Positions 53,372-64,000 of a DNA stretch of 64,000 bases are shown piece after piece. The DNA is taken from assembly GCF_000181795.1 (NCBI RefSeq), contig NW_003526940.1:699570-763569 (forward strand), given 5' to 3'. The notes under the pieces were generated by a model that was not told the origin of the DNA, searched no databases, and saw nothing but the letters and a program-made list of their open reading frames with translations. Position 1 is the stretch's first letter. Every line of letters starts with the position of its first letter. A program made the translations under genes and the position numbers. The stretch comes from Trichinella spiralis. Its lineage: Eukaryota.

Positions 53372-55451
53372 NNNNNNNNNNTGGTTTTCGCTGCCTCTCA
53401 TATGAGTATTAATACCCCTGTGCGAAGTGTTGACGGGCCGTAGATTTCCAACGCCGCAAAGACCCGGGGGGGATTTTTTTTTTGCCGGGTTTAATCCTTC
53501 TCATTTTAAATAACTCATTGTGGAAACCAACCATTTCTTTTTCATTCCTCATTTTTTTTCCCCACGGGAAGTATCAACTTTTGATGATTTTTCGTGGAAG
53601 GTTCACCGGCCTTTGGTGAATGTTCACAGGAGATTTATTATTCACGCACAATGGGCCCAACATAGGCTGCCCAGCCAACCAAATGGGATGTTCCCCTGAA
53701 AAAGTAAAAATTGGAGGCAGGCTTTAAACAGCTTTTTCGTTTTGGGTGCTGTTTATTCGCTCTTTTTTCCGCTTTCAAAGTGCTTTACTTTTATCCATGC
53801 GCGTTGATAAATACTGTTTCAAAGAATGTCAACCAAAAGTTTTTTCACCCGTCAAATAAATAACGCTTTAGTTGGCAATTATATGAGATTTATGCATAAG
53901 ATGCTTTTCTGTTTGTTAGAAATTTTTCTAAAGAGCAGCTAAGGGCTATTCCAGTACAAAGGGAAAATCTACAATTGATAAATTGTCTACAGCTGTAGTT
54001 TTCAGCTAAAACTAGGAGTGGTAATTGCTGAATGTTATAGCATCGACATTTTCTGTTCGCTGAAAATATTTCAAGTTTAGATGAGAATTTTATATTTATT
54101 CTCTTCAGTGTTTCTTTTGCCCCGTTCACAAGAGTTATTGTTTTTCTTCATTAAAATAAAAAATAAAATCTGGAATTTTATTTAAAATAGAAATTTGTGG
54201 TTATACATTTTGTGTAAATTGTATTATATTTCTCTTTCCATATCTGAAGTAAACCGACTACTGGGTTGACTAAACATTCAAACTTCAATTCTGGTATTAC
54301 TATGGTTTGACATTTCAGATCAAAAAATATCTGTTGCATTTCGAAATGATTTCACCAAACGAAACTGAAAGCAAATTATTTTTCATCTTAAGTTCACTTC
54401 ATCACGAGTGTGTCCGTTATCTTGCTCTAGCACCGCATATGCTCTGACAAAATATGATCATAGTTGATTACCCTGGTCACGAACCAAGGAGCATAAATTG
54501 GTCTTTCATGTGCTACCAAAATTTTCATTCTCATTGTTGAGAGTGAACAATAATTGTGCAATATCATGGAGTTCACTGCCTTGGTCAGATAATGAGTTTA
54601 TTTGAGAAAGCATCCGCAGCATTGTAAAAATTCCAGACCACCATATATCATGGCATGAATTTGTGGCTTGTGCATTTAGATGGCATCATAGTGCTCAGAA
54701 ATACTGAAATACCAGCTTGTGTAGGGTAGCGTGTAATGTTATGAAGCTTGTGGTGCAGTATACATTGACTTCACATTATATGGATGATCTGTGAAAAATT
54801 TCTCAGATGTAACGTAGCTAATGCACAGATTGAACTGAAAATACTTTTGCCTAGCATATGGGATATTTAACAGCAGTACATGTGTGTTGGTCTAGTGAAA
54901 TTTCAGAAAATCCTTCATGCTGAATGCTGTTGACCTGGCCCACAATAATTACTGCAGAACTTTCTTCATTGTCAAGCTAGTGAACAAGACTAGCTCTGTT
55001 TCCATCGTAAAAAGTCATTACATGTCAAATTATGAAAACAAAAAATGACCTAAATAAACATGTTTATTTAACATCTTTTTGTTCAGCTATCTCTTCTTCA
55101 GGCTGTTCATTTGTTGGGGATGGTCCCACTTGGGCTCAATTTTGTTCCCATTCGGTCCCACTGTTCATTTATTGGTCGTTGTCCTCGCTATTTTATTAGT
55201 CCGTAATCTNNNNNNNNNNAAAATGGGACGCGGATGATCTCCCACTATACCGACGCCACAAAATTAACATTGCTTCTATTCGCATCTTGGAAATAGCAAC
55301 TGTTGCACCCATTCCAGACTTTTCATCAGATTATGAACATTCTGATTTTTTCCCGGAATGTAACATCTCTCTTGAGTTGTTTTCATGCTGGATCTTTCTC
55401 TGACATGAAAAAATTTATTTATACTGTTGTTGAGAATGTTTTCTATTGTTA

Positions 55452-56296
55452 ATGGAAAACTACGAATATCATAGAAATGCTCCTGGCCACCGCTTACTTA
55501 TACTACTTTTTCATTTGATTGAACTGCAGTATTTAAGATTTATCCCTTTTTGTAGTTATCACTTTGTTAATGCCGTTCTATGTTCACTTCTGCTGAAGGA
55601 GACTACATTGAATGCTACCAACTTGACATTGCCTATCAATGACTTATTTCAAAGGAAAAGCCAACGGTGAAATCGCTTGAATCACTTGAATCTAATTTGA
55701 ACGAAAATTGGAATGGCTTTAAAAATTTTAATTTGAATGAAATCTCATCTGAATATTCTAAATCTATTACAGTGCCAAATATTGTTTCTTTTGAAAAAAA
55801 TACAACACAGTTTACTCTAGTTGATGAAGAACTAAAAAATATTTCATTTAAATTTGAAAACAGGACGGAAAACAGTTCTGAAGGAGTTTTGCGCAATGTT
55901 ACAGCAGGTACTCTGGATTACACAGATAATCAAAATGTGTTTAGAAAAAATGTAAGGAAAGCACCGTATTGGTATTTGCTTTTTATTTTGCCCATTTTTG
56001 CTGCTTGCTTGCTCCCCTTTGTGATACATTTAAGAGAAAAGCATTGGAAGCTACGCAAAATAGGGAAAAAAAAGGAAATTGATAATGATGAAGATGTCGA
56101 TGGTGATTTTCTGGATGCTATGCACTTTAGCATTGACTATAGAGGTAAATAAATTATAACTTTGAATTACTTTAAGTAAATTATATCAATTTCAGTACTG
56201 TCATTACAAGGCGCAATTAGTGATGTGGAAGAATCGATGCTCGCTTGGAAAGAGTTTGTGGAATGTGAAAGTTCTAATACGTTTACAGAAAAATAA
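55452..56296 (+). CDS. Hypothetical single-pass membrane glycoprotein
   Basis: Large exon about 55655-56145 with N-x-S/T sites and hydrophobic YWYLLFILPIFAACLLPFVIHL followed by basic residues. In-phase last exon 56196-56296. The 5' exon structure is uncertain. Confidence 0.55.
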
Positions 56297-56749
56297 CCGC
56301 TAACAAAAGTTTTAAAATTACATGAAATTTTATTTTTTTAAATTATTGCTATAATGGTTTAAATTAGTTTTCTCAATCTGCTTGTTTAAATAAATATCTT
56401 AGTAAATTTCATTCTACTCCAACGAACTTATCTTAACCGGTGGGTCAGACTCTTGTTCAACCATCTTCGAATCAATCATCACGATTTGACGTGACTTTGT
56501 GAGTTGTTTCTCGCTTCACGGCTGTTCAAGATAAAGTATCCAAAATCCTCGCCACGGGTAGATAAATATTTGTTATTACAAATAACACACAGCAAATGCA
56601 ATCCACACTCGTTCGCATTCCTGCAGTTTTTCTCAGCGTTTTTTCCTTATGCACTCTTCTCACCGCTTATCAGAATGCCATTCCTCAAGATGGAAATAAA
56701 ATATTAAAAATGTTTTTGTTATTATATTGATATATGTACTTTTACTTCG

Positions 56750-57930
56750 ATTCATAGTGCAGTTTGCCATTTCAACAGACAAGCACTTCAACAAAGAATA
56801 ACAGGGTATTGTAATTCATTCCATTCTAATAAGCAGAATACTTAATGCGAAATAATGATTGTTTCTTCTTAGCCAATTCTGATATTCTCCAAAGGAGAGT
56901 GCTTGAAAGGGCACACTGTATGTCGTTTTCCACTTTAAATCTATTTTTTTTCTTTCATTTTTATTTTCAAGAGAGTTGAAGAACCAAATTCAGAATGGTA
57001 CGCTGACACAAATGGAAGCAATGAATGGATAGATTTTCCTGCTACGTTTGGGTAAAAAGCACACACCAATGGCCAGAATTAAGTGACTGATTTCTCTTCC
57101 AACATATCACTTGCAATTGAATCATTCTTCAGCTTCAAAAATTTATCTTGATACTCATCCGTAACCTTTCCAGTTAAAAATCTGAATGGAGTTCACACAA
57201 AAGCCACGTCGTTGTCATCAATAGGAAAATGTTGCCTGAATTCATTTTCAAATGCTCTCAAATGCTGCAAAATTTCATGTTTTGCAACATTTCGAAGCAT
57301 TTGGTCTTTACCATCAATAACAAAAACGGACAACAATTTCACAAACATTACAACATTATTGATACTGACATCCTTTGCTAAATTTCCAGCTTGCATACAA
57401 AAGCTTTAAAGGAATAAAAAACTTTTATGATGCTTATATTTTTTCCTTGCAGATGAAGATTCAGTTTATTTAGATGCTTGAAATTGTCGACCAAATATGC
57501 AAGGCACATGATTTATACCTCATCATTCACGTAGGCAACAAACTCCACCTTGCCCTGAACTTCAGAAAATAATTTGAGCTCATCTTTAATCTAAAACACT
57601 CGCTCTGTTACCTTTCTCCTTGAAAGCTATCGAACATTTGTGTGGTAAAGAAGCAAGTGATGGTATGCATCCATTTCAAAACATAACTGACTCAAGATTA
57701 GTGAGTTGAAGGCTTCTCCTTCGACAAAGTTCACATTTTTAACTAAAACCTTCCCTAATAAAGCTAGAAATATTTTTGAAGCTACTGCCTGGTGGTCGAT
57801 CATGCAATAAATGCCTTTTACTTTCAGAGCCAGCTTTTTTACACAATCCTGAAATTCTGATTTTGCCGCGTAATGTGTCATCTGTACAGCACCAGGTTCT
57901 GATTCAAAGAAGGTTGGCACTTTTTCCAAA
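56750..57930 (-). mobile_element. Highly degenerate Buster-type hAT transposase
   Basis: IYCMIDHQAVASK, LLLYHTNVR*LS, AYLVDNF..LNKLNLHLQG and PFVSAYHSEFGSS remnants with stops. Confidence 0.75.
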
Positions 57931-57934
57931 ATGG

Positions 57935-58460
57935 TTTGTTCTTTATCGGTCCCACTGTTCACTTATTGGTCGTTGACCACGCTATTTTATTGGACCGTCA
58001 AATCTTTGTCATATTGGTTTTCCTTTTGTTGGACCGTCAATTCTTTGTCTTATTGGTTTTCCTTGTCTAATTGCTCATTGATTCAAATCTTTCCCTTGTG
58101 ATTAGCTGTAATATTTTTTCATTTCATTGGTTCAAGTATTCCATTTAGGAATACATCACTTTAATAGTAGTGACGTAACATAAAAAATTGAAATATTATT
58201 CCAAAATTTTATTGTTTGTTAGAAGTTTTGTTATTCATTGAAATTTTATTTATTTAAATATATTTTTTTTGGTGAAGTTTATACCTTTTCATGATCAGCA
58301 TTCCCGAAAATAATTTTTATCATTGTTCTCTATTTTATTGTACCAAAGTGACGTTACATCAAATGCGATAGTAATAATTCAGAAAAAACAATACAAAAAA
58401 TAAGTTAAATAGTGATTTTTATTTTTCACTAGCCAACAGCATTAACTACAACAGTAAAAA
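57935..58460. repeat. Repeat element, inverted copy of 49830-50321
   Basis: Reverse-complement match, with an internally duplicated ggaccgtcaa..ctttgtc..attggttt subrepeat. Confidence 0.8.
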
Positions 58461-58683
58461 ACAACATTGAACGGCATTAACAAGTGTAAACAACCAAAAG
58501 GGAGAAACTAAATAATACAATACATGAAATAAAAAACTATATTAATAAGCGGTGGACAGAGCATTCTTATCTTCTTCTTGTTTCTTTTCGCCTATACTGA
58601 TTTCCCTTCGGAAAAATAAATCTGCCCTACTGGATGGAAATAAATTGTGCCTGCTGAAATTTATCAAAGAATGNNNNNNNNNN

Positions 58684-59292
<609 letters not shown>

Positions 59293-59697
59293 ATGTAGTT
59301 GAACGTACTATTTGAAATGCATTGATGTTTTTATTTCTATTTCATTTTTCGTTTTATCATCATTTTTGTTCTGATTGCATTCTTTATCAAATTCTTTATA
59401 ATAATCTATTGCTGTATGCTATTACGTTGTAGTGTGCATTCAATAAATATGGTTTAATAAAAAGTTGTTTAAAATGTGTTATGATGGTTGAAATTGAAAT
59501 AATTTTTGTTGCCATATTGTATGTAATAAAAATATTTGGAAAAGAAGTTGATGGCTAAAAGGAAATGTTTTTTTTAAATTTATTTCTCTTTCTGTTATAT
59601 ACGTATATAGTATTGTCACATTTGTAATGTGTAAGCAAGTGAGGAAGATGCTGTTATTATAAATGTAAAATTCAGTTATCTCATCGGTGCTGGAAAA

Positions 59698-60440
59698 TTA
59701 TGATGTGGACGGTATTTGATTATTTGTTGCCATACGATGATTCATGGAAGGTGATTGTTTTTCAGTTTGCTGATTGGATACTTTTCTGATTGGTAGCGTT
59801 TTTGGGAAAGCGTAAACAGGTCGTGGATATGGATTGCCGTAGTGTACAGCTAAAAACGATAAACTAGTTACAAAAGCAGACAAAATATCATTAGCATAAA
59901 GAAAAGTTGATTTTATTTCAAAAAAGAAACTGTAACTGTGTGATTAAGAAGATGTGTTTAATTATTTGGCCGAATGATGAATTAATTATTTTACCAATTG
60001 CGATTCGAGTTCTGCCTTCACGAATGAGTTCTTCAATTTCGATAGGATTTGCCAACTGAAATTATTGAAATGTATTAAAAATCTTCACCATTTCAATTAG
60101 CATTTGCTTTGTTTGTTTTGTATTTATTTTTCGACAATATCACATTAATAAAAACTGTTATCCCATTCAAAGAAACATACTGTATTGGAATTGGAAATAA
60201 ATCAAATGCACACAGAAAAGTGCTGAGACATTTTAAATTGTTTGAAAAAGACAGAAAAATGCCGCTTTGTTGGCTTACAGTTTTGTTCTGCTTGAACAGA
60301 CGTCTTGCTTCTTCGACAATGTAACGTTTCGCTTCTTTGTCGGATATGTTGTTCCCACGATTGCTGCTGTTTGTCCATTTTTTTCCAACTTTCAAAATGT
60401 ATCTGTACAAGTCGAGCACTTGCTTCTTTGTATTCGACAT
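59698..60440 (-). CDS. LYRM1: LYR-motif mitochondrial protein, LYRM1-like (3 exons)
   Basis: VLDLYRYILKVGKKW...YIVEEARRLFKQNK / LANPIEIEELIREGRTRIAI / AVHYGNPYPRP. Confidence 0.85.
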
Positions 60441-60688
60441 CCAACCTATTTCTGATCACTAATGCTGAATAAAATTATTGTTTGAATCAAGCAATTTTAT
60501 TCAAAGTAATCATCGGGTGTAAATGATCAACTTCTACTGAAACGATTGATGAACAAGTGAAAATAATTCGTCCATATATTATTTATTTATTCATTTATTC
60601 CAATATTAGAAATTTAATTTTTCGCAAATAATGCGAACCGAAAAAAAGCAGATAATTTTCATATTTCTACGTTGTGTGTGAATTACTA

Positions 60689-61213
60689 TTACAATTCTTT
60701 TCCACCGTGATCACCGGACGAACCTGCTTGGCCAGAATAAGCAGCTGCTGCACCAGGTCCGAACAAAATCTGAAGATTAAACAGAAAAATGCAAAAATGA
60801 TGCATAAAATAATAATAATAATTTGAGATAATATACAGATTGATCATCAGTTAATTACTTGATTTTGCTGTTGCAAGTGCATCTGCTGGAAATCAGCTCG
60901 ATCTTTTTCAAACATCACTGGCAAAATCAGAATCATAGCCGACGAGGCGGCAATCCACATCGCCGATCTGGTGAACACGAACAATTTTCGGCCCAGTTCG
61001 GATGCAGTGGAACAAATGGTGAAGATGGCTTTTTGCATTCCCTCCGGCAACATCTCGGTCAGACCAATCAACCTCTCGGCTACTGTCTCTTCGATATCCT
61101 TGAGATAATAATAATAAATAATAATAGTAAATTAATAAATTAACAAATAAATAAAAATATCCTCTTGCCTGATCTGTATCGTCAATTTCGATCGTTTTCA
61201 AATTTTTGCTCAT
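60689..61213 (-). CDS. TOMM22: Mitochondrial import receptor subunit TOM22 (3 exons)
   Basis: DIEETVAERLIGLTEMLP...FTRSAMWIAASSAMILILPVMFEKDR...QQQNQ / ILFGPGAAA. Confidence 0.9.
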
Positions 61214-61432
61214 TTTCTGCAAAGATTTCAACTGGATTAAAAATTTCACAACTCATTACAAAAGAAAATAATCACGTCGAAGAAAAATATTGCACGTAAT
61301 TGTAATACTGCTTTTTCCAAATTCAACAACAACAAACTGAATAATTATGCTTTTATTCAATACTGACTGAAAAAAATTTTGTGCAAAATTATCAATCCAC
61401 TGCCAACAAACAACAGAATTGGATAATGATTG

Positions 61433-63743
61433 TCAAGCCGGTTTGACGTGATGGATGTCAGATTGTTGCAAGCCGAAGTTTTCCACTTTGAAATAGGAGA
61501 ACGTCGCCAAAAAGCACATCACCACTAAAATCACCAACTGCCATTGCAACAACAAATAGCTTGTGTAAAAGAAGCTAACCGCCGAAGATAACGACTGAAA
61601 AGCAGAACATTAATAATAATAATAATAATAATAAAATATTATCATCTCGTATATTTATTTGCACGTGACAAAAATCTGTAAAATAATAACAACTTACGTT
61701 AAAAAATTTAAAAAGAGCAAATGCACGCGTGCTTTCCGTTGTGTATTTACTTCCCAAAGTTGCGTAGATCTGAAGAAAACAATCAAGCAAAGCTTAAACT
61801 TATTACGAATAATAAAAAATAAAGAAATTACTACATTCATTGAAAACTGTACAAAAGCCTTCTTTTACGTGTGTTCAAAAACAAAAAAAATTAATTAGTC
61901 AAACGTTAAAGTATCAAAATTGTACATAGGAAATATGTAAATTTAAAGCATTATTAACTAATGTTGTTTATCAGTGATGATCATTTTTCAGTGTAAAGCA
62001 AACAAAATTGAATAGTATTACTAAAAAGTTGCATCATGCGTATGTGTCAAGTATACCTGCGTGTTCCAGCAACTGTCACCAAAGCCAAGCAAAAAACTGC
62101 ACAAAATGGCCACATATTCACTAAGTAAAAAAGCAATAAATTCAATAAAAGCTGTCATAAATAAAAGTATTGTGGAAAATTTACTTGGGCAAAAAGTAGG
62201 CAATATCATCGGTCGGTTGAAATGGAGACATAGATGGAATATAGAGGAAGATGAGAAAAAATGACAATACATTGACAACGGCGCCCAAAATAATCACCAC
62301 AGGACGTCCCATCGATTCTATGGTCGAAATGATCAAACCGAATACCAAGCCACCTTAAAAATATTAAATTACAACAATAACAATACTTTAAAAACTGAAA
62401 AAGATATTCAAAATGTATAACACTAAATCAATATTTCATATCCATCCATCATTCATATACTACCTAAACTTTCTCCAAGACCAACGAAAATAACATTTAA
62501 AGCCAGAAGAACTTTCGTCGATACAGTGAACTGACGGGTAAATGTCAGACAAGTTCCATAAACACCGGACCAAAAGGTAAGCAAAATACCAGAATAAAGG
62601 AATACTACCACCAAACAGATCATGTTGCCACTTTGCAACAATTTGAAAGTTCGAACTGAAAATGATAAGCATGTTTATTCTTCCTCAGCACAAACAAACA
62701 AACAAACAAATACCAATCTCTTCAATGACAGTAAGCCGTTTTTTAACCATTGTCACAGCTACACTGTCAACACTGGGCGACTCTCGATCCGATTCATATT
62801 CCAACAGACTCTCCAGCTGTTCTTCTGGTCGCATCTGCTTCAAAAGTGCGAACAGAGCCGTACCGACAACAGCCATGCAAGTGAACACAATGAATATCAG
62901 CCGTACGGTATCGCTGGACAATTCGTTGGAACCATCACGAAATTGGGAATACAAAAACAGACCGCCCGTGGGCAAACTGTAACTTTTGAAACGGTGAACG
63001 ATCACTGTGAAACGATAAATATTCAATTTTGTCACCTCAGCTGAAAAATCGCCCAAACAATGGCCGCATTTTTCCCAACGGTTGCTTTATCCGACGCTAG
63101 AGTCAAGTAATTTCCTTGACCAACCCAGGCCACTTGGAAAAACAGAAAATATTCATTTCAAGGCAATTCAATTCAAAAACTTACAAGATGCACCGAAACC
63201 GAGAAATGCCGACGCTGCGTACAGCAGTTCCGTTCTCAAATATAGAAACGAAGCCAAAAATGTACTGAAAGAGAAAAATTCATCAAATCAATAAATACAT
63301 CTTTTCAAAATTGTATATTTTTTTACAGTTTACCTGTACGTAACACCACCAATCACCATTGACCATTTTGCGGATAACTTTTGCACAACAGGCGTTATGA
63401 ACAAATTGCACAACGTCAATACTGCATATATTATCGTCAAGCTTGAAAAGATATCCAGCACATAGCACTCGATGGATAGTATATGAGGAAACATTTTTGA
63501 TGATATTAAAAACATACCTGTAATAGCCGGCATGTTTGTCAATAGCGTGAGATGTGGAATTTTGGGCTTCAGCAGAATGAAGTATGGCTACCTGAAGTGA
63601 AAATTTGAACTGAATTGAATTGAACTGTTCCTTGATCAAAACTGTTCAAAAACCTCGATAACACTGCAACTCTGAAAAGCGGTCAAAATGAAATAAAATC
63701 CAAATCCGAGTTGAAAAATCGGCAGAAGAGGATGCTGAAACAT
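61433..63743 (-). CDS. UNC-93-like MFS transporter (MFSD11-like), multi-exon
   Basis: QLGFGFYFILTAFQSC, AGYYSLTIIYAV, SAFLGFGAS.AWV.QGNY, YSGILLTFWSGVYGTC, CSFLLGFGDSCWNTQ and AFALFKFF. Start ATG at 63743 is inferred. Confidence 0.85.
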
Positions 63744-64000
63744 GGCGACTATTCTGAATCGTGTGAAAAAAATCCACCTAGCCACATGGATCCTAAAAAT
63801 CATTTAAACAAAAAAAAATAAATCATTTAACAAACAAAAATGATAAAAGGACAAATTATCATCGGAAGGACACTTTTACAAAAGTTAGGCCTTGGAAAAA
63901 ATTACCAACATTATATTTAGTATTCATTTCTAGAAAAAAAGGTGTCTTTTCTGCTAGAGTAAAAGTAGAAGAGTTGAGAACATAACAACAACAAAAATTT

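Noticed and set aside
54400..55000. Possible integrase-like remnant on the minus strand (SDQGSEL)
   Set aside because: A single short motif amid stops is not enough to call.
49830..58460. Pack-MULE formed by the inverted repeats around the MULE transposase and membrane gene
   Set aside because: The apparent element termini face inward, so the elements extend away from the interval. The family is dispersed, and three gaps lie inside.

Overview
AT-rich, intron-dense eukaryotic genomic scaffold with seven 10-N gaps. The short introns, gene content and hAT/BEL-Pao/MULE repertoire suggest a nematode, probably Trichinella-like (inference, not verified). The centre holds a multi-exon DNA polymerase epsilon catalytic subunit gene (+, 16741-27013) tail-to-tail with a trans-2,3-enoyl-CoA reductase gene (-). 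This core is bracketed by nested, mirror-ordered inverted duplications (C-A-B-core-B'-A'-C'). The arms carry two diverged paralogs of a small secreted 10-cysteine protein and copies of an intronless Arg/Lys/Ser-rich protamine-like gene (three copies in total). A pseudogenised copy of several POLE exons lies at about 3.5-4.2 kb. Many transposon remnants are present: Buster-type and Ac-like hATs, BEL/Pao fragments and solo LTRs, a Tigger/pogo derivative, and a FLYWCH-MULE. The right end has a single-pass membrane protein gene, polyubiquitin, and a tightly packed same-strand cluster (MFSD11/UNC-93-like, TOM22, LYRM1) that looks like an operon. Exon boundaries and repeat limits were read by eye, and identity statements are visual estimates.
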